NCBI GenBank assembly: GCA_027483785.1
Contig: JAIXTU010000187.1
Span: forward strand, 1-35,765
Source of the DNA: Flavobacterium sp.
GTDB taxonomy: Bacteria > Bacteroidota > Bacteroidia > Flavobacteriales > Flavobacteriaceae
Direction of reading: 5' to 3'
Length of the DNA stretch: 35,765 bases
Shown: piece after piece, positions 1 to 8,718 of the stretch
Layout: the number at the start of each line of letters is the position of its first letter
How positions within the stretch are numbered: the first letter of the stretch is position 1
Program-made: the position numbers and the translations under genes
The notes under the pieces: model-generated
Told to the model about the DNA's origin: nothing
Databases searched by the model: none
The model's input: the letters and a program-made list of their open reading frames with translations, nothing else

Positions 1-56
1 ATCTAATTGGTATAATAGGCGTATTTTCTTTGGGATACTGAGGTATCGCGAAAAAT

Positions 57-103
57 TATAATCGGCAAATCGAAATGTGCCACTAGGCAAATCGGAATGT
101 GCC
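57..103 (+). repeat. Left prophage end with two tandem putative transposase-binding sites
   Basis: GGCAAATCGAAATGTGCC (64-81) and GGCAAATCGGAATGTGCC (86-103). Inverted relatives lie at 35589-35606 and 35682-35699. Confidence 0.75.
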
Positions 104-171
104 TTTTTTTGCGCTGTGTGCGTTTATAATCGCGAATCTCTCGCATTGGTTTAAACTTCATTTAAACGCCG

Positions 172-993
172 CTAAAATAGCCTTAAAACGCTTCCGTTTG
201 GATTAGACAAATCGTAGTTCGCTGTCAACACCTCAATCTTGCGTTTGCCCGGGCTTCCTGTTCCGTTGGCCACACTGACAGTCTGGGCTATCTTGATAGT
301 GTGCCAGCCGTTGTCTGCGGTGTATTTCTCCAGCAACTTACTAGGGTAAGAACTCATCAGAAACTTAGCGTTTACTTTCGACAGAGTGATCAGTAAATTT
401 TCAAAATCCTGCTCGCTGTAGCCATCATAGTGGCCACAGTCGCTATTGTAGTACGGCGGGTCGCAATAAATGAAGGCGTCATCGTAATCGCGGCTATTGA
501 TGATACGAAGCGCGTCGGTGTTTTCAATCTGCACGTGTTGCAGCCTAATGGCCAGATCGTAGGTGAAAGCATCGCGCTTGCCGGCAATCTTTTGCGAAGT
601 TGTGCCTTTGATTTTGTCATATCCCCAGCTGCCGTCGAGCATGGAGCTGAAGCTTTGAGCCGCCAGAACCCAAACCGCCCAGGCACGCTTAATGCGTGAA
701 AACATGTGCGGGTTGTTGTAGATCACAGTCGCATCTGAATGTAATGTCCGGCTGTGAAGACTGATCCGCACCATTTTTTCAAGCTCGACGAACTCATTTT
801 TCACGCATTCATAAAAATTTATCAGCTCGCGATTATAGTCGTTGATGATTTCGACCTCTGAGAGCGGTTTTGCCCAGAAAACCGCTCCGCCTCCCACAAA
901 GGGCTCGATGTACGTTGTATGAGGCGGAATTAGCGGCAAAATCGTACTTAAAAGGTTTTGCTTGCCGCCGTAGTAACTTATAGGGGTTTTCAT
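172..993 (-). CDS. Dam-like (D12 class) N6-adenine DNA methyltransferase
   Basis: YYGGK N-terminus, motif I EPFVGGGAV, motif IV DPPY. It is the last late gene, in the mom position. Confidence 0.92.
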   Translation of the reverse strand: MKTPISYYGGKQNLLSTILPLIPPHTTYIEPFVGGGAVFWAKPLSEVEIINDYNRELINFYECVKNEFVELEKMVRISLHSRTLHSDATVIYNNPHMFSRIKRAWAVWVLAAQSFSSMLDGSWGYDKIKGTTSQKIAGKRDAFTYDLAIRLQHVQIENTDALRIINSRDYDDAFIYCDPPYYNSDCGHYDGYSEQDFENLLITLSKVNAKFLMSSYPSKLLEKYTADNGWHTIKIAQTVSVANGTGSPGKRKIEVLTANYDLSNPNGSVLRLF

Positions 994-1067
994 TGTGATT
1001 TATTTGATTTTTTTAATTAAAACATTTTGTAAATCAATTAGTTATGCGTACATTTATAGTGTACAAA

Positions 1068-1703
1068 TCAGACATTCAAAGCGAATTTTGCGGACTTTCC
1101 TGCGAGTAGTTCCTGTGTGCTCTCGATGTTGTTGCGGTATATGTGCACATTACCCAGGAACAGGGTTATGCTCTTCAGGCGGACATCAATTTGCTTTGAA
1201 ATCAAATACAAGTGATAGATGTCTGATGGCAGGCCTAGATTCGCGTCCGAGCTTCGTTGATAGGCTGATATAACCAGCTTTCCTTTTGATATCTGGAACT
1301 GTATTAAAGATAAACACGGATGCTGGTTACTTTCAGTATTGTTGGCTCCCAGGAATAGCACATAATTCTTTGACTCTCTTTTTTCATTATTGATCTTCTC
1401 GATGAGCTTTGGCAACTGTTCGAAATACGTCGGGTAGCTGTTTACCAAAATAGGTCCGCAATAATTCCACCAATCTACACCCAAGTTCCGGTATGCTTCG
1501 GTAGATCGCTCGCCAGCCATAAACAACTGTAATTCGTCTTTTAACTTCTTTTTGGCCACGGCGTGGCCTTCGAACAATTCTAATAAATCAATTGGCTTGA
1601 GCTCAAGGCTTTGGTTTAACAGATAAGTGATGTCGCCCTTTTTGTTAGACTGGACGCTGCCTTTTTTTAAGATTTTATTTAAAATTAAATGGTACTTATT
1701 CAT
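1068..1703 (-). CDS. Divergent short thymidylate-synthase-fold protein (cytosine-type active site)
   Basis: HPCLSLIQF (catalytic Cys), YQRSSDANLGLPSD, GNVHIY; 211 aa. Confidence 0.85.
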   Translation of the reverse strand: MNKYHLILNKILKKGSVQSNKKGDITYLLNQSLELKPIDLLELFEGHAVAKKKLKDELQLFMAGERSTEAYRNLGVDWWNYCGPILVNSYPTYFEQLPKLIEKINNEKRESKNYVLFLGANNTESNQHPCLSLIQFQISKGKLVISAYQRSSDANLGLPSDIYHLYLISKQIDVRLKSITLFLGNVHIYRNNIESTQELLAGKSAKFALNV

Positions 1704-1725
1704 TTTTTGATTGATAATTGATGAC

Positions 1726-1733
1726 TAACTTTG
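1726..1733 (+). promoter_or_regulatory. Bacteroidota -7 promoter element
   Basis: TAACTTTG matches TAnnTTTG and lies directly before the structured element at 1735-1853. Confidence 0.5.
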
Positions 1734-1734
1734 C

Positions 1735-1853
1735 AACTCCTACGGCTTAAAATAACAACGACCCAACATCAGAAGACTTTTGTCCTCCGACTGTTGGGTC
1801 GTGCCTATTTAAAATACCGTAGGAAGTTTTTTAAAATGTCGGAGGACTTTTTT
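1735..1853. ncRNA. Structured RNA element with nested stems and an alternative pairing
   Basis: TCCTACGG 1738-1745 / CCGTAGGA 1817-1824; ACGACCCAACA 1758-1768 / TGTTGGGTCGT 1792-1802; GTCCTCCGAC 1782-1791 / GTCGGAGGAC 1838-1847. Confidence 0.65.
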
Positions 1854-1874
1854 AATCAGCGCCTCCAGCTGATA

Positions 1875-2216
1875 CTATTTTCTTGCTGATATTTCTACTT
1901 TAGATATCCATTGCGCTACCTTTTGCAAGCTCAGGCCAACGCCTAAAGCGTACCACATGGTTAACTCGGTACCGGCGTATTCATTTGAAAAACGAAGCGC
2001 TAGGCATATCAGTAGAAATCCGAGTATGATTTCACGTAAGTTATCAAGCAATAAAAACTTGACCGAAAAGGTGACTGGTGTGTTTTCAGAATGCTTATTG
2101 CGCTTATTGGCTTTCGACAACAATACAATGGCCACTCCAATTAGTGCAAAAAACAACGCTGCCAAGTATGTGGCGACGTCGTTGGTTCCGAGAAGTTGTA
2201 ATAAAAAGGTTTCCAT
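1875..2216 (-). CDS. Small multi-pass membrane protein (holin-like)
   Basis: About 3 hydrophobic segments. Likely start ATG 2216 (METFLL), just after the upstream stop. Confidence 0.6.
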   Translation of the reverse strand: METFLLQLLGTNDVATYLAALFFALIGVAIVLLSKANKRNKHSENTPVTFSVKFLLLDNLREIILGFLLICLALRFSNEYAGTELTMWYALGVGLSLQKVAQWISKVEISARK

Positions 2217-2218
2217 AA

Positions 2219-3883
2219 TTAGTAGTCGCCAATTGTTATGTAATTGCTTCCAGTCCACAGTATCTCCAATGTTTTCCCAGGGCTTACTGTGTGAGTTAAA
2301 CTGCTATTTATTTGAGTAGAACCCGATGGATCAATGGTGATCAGTGCGGTATGATTATTTCTAATCTTGTAAATCTTACCCACAGGCATTGTGTTCGTAG
2401 GGGCGAATGTTCCCGCTCCTGTGAAGACGTAAACGTTTATATCTTGATTTGAAACTACAGTTCCACTTTGAGCTAAGGCAACACCATTGATTAAATTTCT
2501 AGTGGTTTGATCTGTCATTAGTATTCCAGTAGGAACATCTGGAAGAAGAAATACTTGATCCATGCCAGAAATACTAGCTCCAAACCCTGGACTTATTCTC
2601 CAAGAACCACCTGATGCACCATTAGGATTACCAATCATCAAACTCCGGTTGTAAACATCAATGTTAAAACCTACACCGCCATCGTTAAACACGCCAAAAG
2701 AGCCATCGTTAAATGACATAGTAGCATAGCTATCATTTGCTATATCATAAAGTCCTAGTTCCGCAACTTGTATAGGGTTTGTAGTTGTTGAACCATTGTC
2801 CGTGATTGTTTGCAAATCGGAGCTTCCACCACTAGAGCCTATGATATTATTAACGTAAGCCTCTGTGGCTAAAACTTGTCCCCCGGAACCATTCGGTAAG
2901 TTAGGGAAATAAAATATTGTATCTCCGCCAGAATTGCCAACGTTATTTGGTGTTCCAAAATCCAATAAAATACTTGTATCAGGAGTTCTTGCATTTAATA
3001 AAGCTGTACCATTACCAGCTAATAAACTAAAAAGAGTTTCTCCGTTGTCTGTAGATTGTCTTATAGTTAAACCGGGAGTATCTCCGCCAAAATCTAACCC
3101 TAAGCTGACGTCAATTTGTGCGGGGTCAGGTCTCTCTATACTAGCCGAAAAATTAATATTATCTTTATTAACGTTGGCTGTTTGAGTTGGATTATTTATA
3201 TCATCTACTAAACTAATAGAGTACATACTCATATTACCATTAGATAAAACAGATTCTAGATTACCGGCTCCTGAACCTCCCCCGTTAGAGACTGCATCAT
3301 CTACATAAGCCTGTGTTGCCAATATTTGACCTCCGCTTTCATAAGGTAGTTCTGGCAAGTAAAACCTAGTTGCAGTGCCTATAACTCCAACATTTTGAGG
3401 CAAACCGAAATCTAAAATGTTTTCTAAACCCCCGTCACTGCCAAAAATTTCGGGACGAGTACCAGCGTTTACACTAAGAAGTGAGTTATCGGAATTGACT
3501 AAAATACTAGCGCCATTATCCCTTGTAGATATTTCGGCTCTTGATAAAATTGCATTGTTCAACTCACTATAATTGTTGAATTCTGCTCTACCTGCATATA
3601 ACATACTTCGTTCTGTGCCAGATTGATTTCTGACATCAATGAAGTTTCGAGTCACATTGTCGACATCTGTAACCTGTTCTAAAGAAGGTACAAAAGGTTG
3701 ACCTCCGCCAATTTCACTTGCCGGGCGAAACTTGACAATACCGTTGGAACCACGAACCAACACACTGTCTGAAGGTGCGCCTGGTTGCACATTGTTAAGC
3801 CGGAGCTGACTGTTAATGGTTTGAACTTGTGCACAGAGGCTGATGCATAGCATTAAAAATGCTGATAAAATTAAATTTCTCAT
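2219..3883 (-). CDS. Tail-fibre/adhesin-like repeat protein with an N-terminal signal peptide
   Basis: G/N/S/T-rich; three LxxVxxxxN-type motifs; an internal duplication; MRNLILSAFLMLCISLCA-Q leader; distal tail module. Confidence 0.6.
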   Translation of the reverse strand: MRNLILSAFLMLCISLCAQVQTINSQLRLNNVQPGAPSDSVLVRGSNGIVKFRPASEIGGGQPFVPSLEQVTDVDNVTRNFIDVRNQSGTERSMLYAGRAEFNNYSELNNAILSRAEISTRDNGASILVNSDNSLLSVNAGTRPEIFGSDGGLENILDFGLPQNVGVIGTATRFYLPELPYESGGQILATQAYVDDAVSNGGGSGAGNLESVLSNGNMSMYSISLVDDINNPTQTANVNKDNINFSASIERPDPAQIDVSLGLDFGGDTPGLTIRQSTDNGETLFSLLAGNGTALLNARTPDTSILLDFGTPNNVGNSGGDTIFYFPNLPNGSGGQVLATEAYVNNIIGSSGGSSDLQTITDNGSTTTNPIQVAELGLYDIANDSYATMSFNDGSFGVFNDGGVGFNIDVYNRSLMIGNPNGASGGSWRISPGFGASISGMDQVFLLPDVPTGILMTDQTTRNLINGVALAQSGTVVSNQDINVYVFTGAGTFAPTNTMPVGKIYKIRNNHTALITIDPSGSTQINSSLTHTVSPGKTLEILWTGSNYITIGDY

Positions 3884-4053
3884 TAGGTGTTAGGAATTTG
3901 ATTAAACGTGATAGTTTCTAAATCAGTCACCGTTTTGGAAATAGTGACTTTTTGCACCCGATAACCATCGTTGTCGTTGATGATCTGAATGCGATCGTTC
4001 GGATTGTTAGGGTTAGTAAGCACTACTTTGTGCCTTCTCTTCTTTTTTGCCAT
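3883..4053 (-). CDS. Small hypothetical protein (56 aa, absent from the ORF track)
   Basis: MAKKKRRHKVVLTNP...NQIPNT. Fills the gap, and its stop overlaps the next start (TAATG). Confidence 0.7.
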   Translation of the reverse strand: MAKKKRRHKVVLTNPNNPNDRIQIINDNDGYRVQKVTISKTVTDLETITFNQIPNT

Positions 4054-4072
4054 GATATAAAGTGATTAAAAA

Positions 4073-4435
4073 TTAAAATTCGTACGAATTCAAAATATTG
4101 AAACTTTGAGGGTTGTCTGTTGGACCACCGAGGTAAATAGCCTCGATTATAAAGACGGAACCGAGCCAGCCTTTCACTATATCGCCCGGTTCAAGCTCAC
4201 CATCGACCTCGTGATTGGGGCCATAGAAAACTTGTAGCTGTCCATACTTATAATGCTTGGGGGCTGCTTGCAAATCTTCTTTTTGATCCAACAAATTTTG
4301 CAGATTCTTAATGCTCTGAGCAGGTATTTCGTCTCCCTTGTGCCAAAAGCTGTCTAACCAGTTCCAAAACTGCGGTTCGGTTGGTTTTAAACCGGTTTTA
4401 AACCAGTTTTTTAGTGTACTTCTTGAAACTATCAT
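4073..4435 (-). CDS. Tail fibre-associated protein
   Basis: LKNWFKTGLKPTEPQFWNWLDSFWHK resembles the N-terminal motif common in Bacteroidota phage fibre proteins; synteny. Confidence 0.6.
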   Translation of the reverse strand: MIVSRSTLKNWFKTGLKPTEPQFWNWLDSFWHKGDEIPAQSIKNLQNLLDQKEDLQAAPKHYKYGQLQVFYGPNHEVDGELEPGDIVKGWLGSVFIIEAIYLGGPTDNPQSFNILNSYEF

Positions 4436-5325
4436 AATCCAATGAATTCTATAAACATTACTACTCGATAAGGATTTAGCAGCGAGAATGATTCCCCGCC
4501 ACCAACGCTGTTTTCCAAGGCCTCGCCGTTGGGTGTATCGTAATTATTACCAAGATTCCCGATTGCCATTTCATTGTCAGCTGAAGTTCCATCCAAAGCT
4601 CTGGTACTGGAGTTGTTGCCGTAGTCTGCGGCCAATGCGGCAAAACTTTTAAAAACACTGTTTGGCGTGTGGTGATAGTGCTCTGGCATTTCATCAATGG
4701 AAAGTGTTTTCTCTTTAGCACCTCCTGTTGCTCCTAATTGGGAGAATTCCTGCTCTCCAGGGTCCCAACCAACGGGCATACGGCCACGCCAATCTACTAC
4801 CTCTCTCCATCCCTGTGGAATCTGATTAGCAGGCTTGTTCCAGAGAACCATTGCACCTGATTCTTGAAAGACTGCATTTTGTAGCTCTAATAATTCAAGC
4901 CGTTCTTCAAAGCTTTCAACGGTTGATTGTAATGCTTTTTGCTCTAAGATTTCACCGAGTCCTTTGGTCGGAAAAATTCTCGCGAAATCTTCCCAAGCAT
5001 ACGATTCGACACCGGTACCAAAGCGCACATAACGCTCTACAATAACCTGTTTAATGTTTTGATCTTCAAATTGCAGTGATGTTGTGTCTGTTGCTATAAC
5101 AACATGTGTCTGTATTTGGCCTCCTCGAAATTCCAATACTTCGCCGTTTATTGAAACAACACCGTTTGAAACATTTTGACCTACAAGTTCGCAACCGCTA
5201 ATAATTGCAAAATTGCCAGTAACGGCAGCTAAAGCATTGAAAATGCTATATGCTTTTTGCATTTGGTCTAGTATGTTTGTTGATAGCGGGAAACCACCCG
5301 GTTGGTTGAAATTCAAAAGATTCAT
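4432..5325 (-). CDS. Baseplate/tail fibre protein with a tail-collar-like domain
   Basis: IPQGW...RGRMPVG...GATGGAKEKTLSIDEMPEHYH...LNPYRVVMFI collar-like motifs. Confidence 0.75.
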   Translation of the reverse strand: MNLLNFNQPGGFPLSTNILDQMQKAYSIFNALAAVTGNFAIISGCELVGQNVSNGVVSINGEVLEFRGGQIQTHVVIATDTTSLQFEDQNIKQVIVERYVRFGTGVESYAWEDFARIFPTKGLGEILEQKALQSTVESFEERLELLELQNAVFQESGAMVLWNKPANQIPQGWREVVDWRGRMPVGWDPGEQEFSQLGATGGAKEKTLSIDEMPEHYHHTPNSVFKSFAALAADYGNNSSTRALDGTSADNEMAIGNLGNNYDTPNGEALENSVGGGESFSLLNPYRVVMFIEFIGL

Positions 5326-5786
5326 AACTCAATTATTTTAAAGGTTTTACCGCATAGCCGGTAGTAGTCAACAAATGCATTTATTGCTTCAATAGAAGTT
5401 TGAAGTAACTCCGCTGGTACTTTCACAAAAAAGTCAACACCAGAGCCGGTGTACATAAAATTTTGCTCTAAGAACATCGTGCCTAAATAGACCGGCGAGT
5501 TCTCTTGACGGGTGTATATAAAATCTTGATCAAGTGCTGGTGCATCCGTTATAAGAATTCGACGAAGTTCTGGGTCGAAACTATCATTTAGCCCTTTGCG
5601 CAAGTAGCACACCTGGCTGTTGTACGATAGCTTGATTAAATTTGATCTTCGATAGGCAAACCACTGATCGTATAAGCTTTGCAGCGGCGTTACAAACGGT
5701 CGAATCCATGCCACAACATCAGCTTTACGAAGTGCGATAATTAGCGTTTCCACCAATAGAACCTGTATGTTAATATTAAACCACAT
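5322..5786 (-). CDS. Baseplate wedge protein (gp48/P2 I-like)
   Basis: SQVCYLRKGLND and DFFVKVP motifs; follows the J-like gene. Confidence 0.65.
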   Translation of the reverse strand: MWFNINIQVLLVETLIIALRKADVVAWIRPFVTPLQSLYDQWFAYRRSNLIKLSYNSQVCYLRKGLNDSFDPELRRILITDAPALDQDFIYTRQENSPVYLGTMFLEQNFMYTGSGVDFFVKVPAELLQTSIEAINAFVDYYRLCGKTFKIIEL

Positions 5787-6645
5787 AGCTTATTCCAGTA
5801 AAGTTTTCGATCTTGAAATAACCAGCTCGCGGAACAGTTCGGACGTTTAAAGGTTGCGCTGGTTCATAATTTTCTAGCGATTGATTCCACTGTCTCGTTG
5901 TGGTGTTTACCAGATGCGGTATGACAACACCTGGGACTTGCTGTAGGGCGTCTACTAACTTGGCCAACACCAACTCGCCATCAAAGGGCAACTGCTTTAA
6001 ATAAGTAGTGATGGCGTTTTCCACAACAGCTTCGCCGCTTAAGATGTTTAATCCATTTTCGTCGATCACAAGCGGATCACGATAGATGGTCAGAGTAAGC
6101 TGCAGTAAATCAGCAGGTATATTTATAACCGTAAAACGGACGCCGGCATCTTTAATTTCAGTCATGTAATATTCAAACGCCTGCTGCTGTTGCTGCGATA
6201 TCGGAGCCGGCTCCTGATTGTTTTCTCCGGCAATTTTTATCAGGACAATACCGCCTGATGCATTTTTTGGAACGGCGGCGTACTTAATAATCCGCGCCTG
6301 CTCGATTTGCTGTTGTGTGGCTGCTGAAGTGTCGAACGTGTCGGTGTCAGGTATTAAATCAAAACCGTACAAAAACGCCAGAGATTTACTGCGGTACCAA
6401 CGTGGCGTATGCGGCAGCTTTTGAGCGATAATTTCATCGACCTCTGCTTTGTGCGTATCAAAAAGCTGTTCGAAGGTTAGAAAAATTCGTGTGATTACCT
6501 CGATCAGTTGCGCTTCGAGAGACACATTGCTATACGTCAATTCAAAGGAATCGCCGATGTTGAATCCATATAAAGCAGCTAGGATTGAATTGTTCATCCA
6601 AGCCGTAAAAATCTGATTTCGTATTTCAGTAGCCGTTCGTGCCAT
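5776..6645 (-). CDS. Baseplate J-like wedge protein
   Basis: MART start, IKDAGV, LPFDG...LVDALQQVPGV C-terminal motif; synteny. Confidence 0.75.
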   Translation of the reverse strand: MARTATEIRNQIFTAWMNNSILAALYGFNIGDSFELTYSNVSLEAQLIEVITRIFLTFEQLFDTHKAEVDEIIAQKLPHTPRWYRSKSLAFLYGFDLIPDTDTFDTSAATQQQIEQARIIKYAAVPKNASGGIVLIKIAGENNQEPAPISQQQQQAFEYYMTEIKDAGVRFTVINIPADLLQLTLTIYRDPLVIDENGLNILSGEAVVENAITTYLKQLPFDGELVLAKLVDALQQVPGVVIPHLVNTTTRQWNQSLENYEPAQPLNVRTVPRAGYFKIENFTGISYVV

Positions 6646-6962
6646 TATCGTACAATAAATGAGGTTCCTATAATCATTTCACCGATACCTGGATCGGTGT
6701 CTAAAAGTGGCATTTCCGCCAATGTTACACCTGTTGCAGGCGCGAGATTTCGCGCCTGGTAAAACTGAAGGTCGCGAGATTGAATCTCTAAGCCTTCCGG
6801 GATATGAATAGAGCTTCCGGAAACCAGTTTGTCGGTAACCGATAAACCATTCGCCAACGCGATTGCAAACGCATAGTCAGCTGTGCCGGTTGCCAATATG
6901 GAAACATCACTCCAGGTCTGTCCTGCAGCTGCCGTTACGGTTGATTTAATAGTTCGCATCAA
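6645..6962 (-). CDS. LysM-like tail protein (P2 X-like)
   Basis: GQTWSDVSI...IALANGL...LVSGSSIHIP pattern. Confidence 0.65.
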   Translation of the reverse strand: MMRTIKSTVTAAAGQTWSDVSILATGTADYAFAIALANGLSVTDKLVSGSSIHIPEGLEIQSRDLQFYQARNLAPATGVTLAEMPLLDTDPGIGEMIIGTSFIVR

Positions 6963-7230
6963 TCATTAATTTTGCGTTTTCGATACGGATTTGGTTAACA
7001 GTAAAGCCGTCGGCAATGAGCTGCAGGCGCGTTTCTCGCGCTAGTTCGTTTTGCGAGTTCATCTCCACATATCGACGAGCACCCACTCCTTGAGTCACTT
7101 GTTTTTTAACCTCTCCCTTGTCGGTGATGATCAAAAGTTTTTGATTTTGACCTGAAACATCGCCAATTCTCAAGCTTCTATTTGAAACCTGCAGGGATAA
7201 ATCGTCACTAAGTAAAATGCCTCTTCTCAT
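6946..7230 (-). CDS. Baseplate protein (gp46/gp25-like)
   Basis: KGEVK...GVG motif, size and synteny. Confidence 0.6.
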   Translation of the reverse strand: MRRGILLSDDLSLQVSNRSLRIGDVSGQNQKLLIITDKGEVKKQVTQGVGARRYVEMNSQNELARETRLQLIADGFTVNQIRIENAKLMIDANY

Positions 7231-7718
7231 TTAAAAACCAGTTTAAATCGTTGTTTTAAAGCCGTGAATTGCGCGGCATTGACTAATCCTGTCGTAGGAC
7301 CTTGCGGATGGGAAAAAACCATCTGACTGATCGCAGTAAACAAATCATCAAAGAGTTGCGCGGCATTTTCTCCATTGGCAGAAAGGGCAATTTTATCGGT
7401 AATCTCGACAGCTGCTGTGTCTGTTTGATGAGTAATCCGCGTCGCGTGCTCTGCCCACGATAATACCCATTCATCATCCTGCTCGATTCGCGTGGCTAAA
7501 GCCCAACTATTCACTTCGGGTACAATCAAAATCGAAGCGTGGCCAGTAAGTACTGCACTAAGGCGTACATCGAATATTTCAAGCCCCGAATCATCCAGCA
7601 GCGTACAGGTTTTATTGTCTACGTCAACCGCTTTCACGATGGCCAGCAGTGTTTGTTCGGGACCACCTTTTTTGCTTATCTGCTCGAGCCCTTCTCTTAT
7701 TTCTTCAACTTTAGCCAT
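7227..7718 (-). CDS. Baseplate central spike (gp45/gpV-like)
   Basis: OB-fold-like N-terminus (VKAVDVDNKTCT...DVRL...VPEVNS) and HPQGPT tip motif. Confidence 0.65.
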   Translation of the reverse strand: MAKVEEIREGLEQISKKGGPEQTLLAIVKAVDVDNKTCTLLDDSGLEIFDVRLSAVLTGHASILIVPEVNSWALATRIEQDDEWVLSWAEHATRITHQTDTAAVEITDKIALSANGENAAQLFDDLFTAISQMVFSHPQGPTTGLVNAAQFTALKQRFKLVFK

Positions 7719-8718
7719 TGACTTTGACTTGATTGCTTAAAAAAGACAGGTCAAGCGTTTGACGGCCGCCTGACTTACTAAAATCACCCGTTATGGTCTC
7801 AATAAAGAAGAGACCCGACTTTTCCGGAAAGCGATTGCCATCAATCTGACAAGCCATTCCTTTGTTGGCGTAAGGCTCTAAAAAAGTGACGATCTTTCCT
7901 TCGAAGCCTGTATAGTTCTGTTTGGATTGCAAACGATTTGCAATTTCCTGAAGCTGAATTTCAGGGATACCAGTGCGCACACGAATTTCCTTTTCATTGC
8001 TATACTTTTCAACCTCCGATCGTACGCGCTTAACCTCTCCTTGCGCGTTGCGCTCGCGAACTACTATTCGAACTGTTTTGTCATTAACCCTCTGTTTGAA
8101 ATCATCATCTTTTACCGTATTCCAACCTATTTTAAGTTTAACCGTTGCGGTAGGAGAGCCGAATAGCGTACCTACAAAAAGCGTTTCAAAATCAAAGTAC
8201 ACCGCCAGCTTGCATTCGTTTTTAAACCACTCCAATACTTGAATGCCGGTAGCATTTTTGAATCGAACATTTCGCAGCGGAATATTGGGTACAAATGGCG
8301 AAATCTTAATAGAAGTACCATTAGTCAAATCTTCCAAAATAGCGCGTACAGTTGTTGTACTGTAGCTTCTATTGAAAATAATGGCGTAAAGCAAATACGC
8401 ATATCCCTCACATTCAAGTCGGACAGGAATGCCCATGTTTACCGATCGAACAAATCCAGAAAAGCGGCGGTTATTGACGCCGTTATAACCCAGAGCAACT
8501 TCAACACGATCGCCTTCTTTAAATTCGTATTGTTCGGCAGATGACAGTGCGCGCGGTTCGTCTGTCCTGGATTTATCAGACTTGATATGCGTAATGCGAG
8601 GCAGATCGATAGAGCAGGTATCGATGAAGCTGTTAACCGAGCTGTTCCACGCGACTTTAGCAGCCTTTACTGAGCTGCTAGAACCAATTGAAATTGCCGA
8701 CGTCATTACAAATGCCAT
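7711..8718 (-). CDS. Baseplate hub protein (Mu gp44/P2 D-like)
   Basis: GDRVEVALGY...FSGFV and GGRQTLDL motifs; synteny. Confidence 0.75.
   Translation of the reverse strand: MAFVMTSAISIGSSSSVKAAKVAWNSSVNSFIDTCSIDLPRITHIKSDKSRTDEPRALSSAEQYEFKEGDRVEVALGYNGVNNRRFSGFVRSVNMGIPVRLECEGYAYLLYAIIFNRSYSTTTVRAILEDLTNGTSIKISPFVPNIPLRNVRFKNATGIQVLEWFKNECKLAVYFDFETLFVGTLFGSPTATVKLKIGWNTVKDDDFKQRVNDKTVRIVVRERNAQGEVKRVRSEVEKYSNEKEIRVRTGIPEIQLQEIANRLQSKQNYTGFEGKIVTFLEPYANKGMACQIDGNRFPEKSGLFFIETITGDFSKSGGRQTLDLSFLSNQVKVNG

Noticed and set aside
1-56. Identity of the interrupted host gene
   Set aside because: The joined flanks have open frames but are too short to identify.
1068-1703. Ordinary thyA auxiliary metabolic gene
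   Set aside because: The Asn177 equivalent is Asp and the arginine motifs appear lost, so the gene symbol was withheld.
2219-5325. Mu G-segment-type invertible fibre cassette
   Set aside because: No invertase, no oppositely oriented fibre copy, and no flanking inverted repeats seen.
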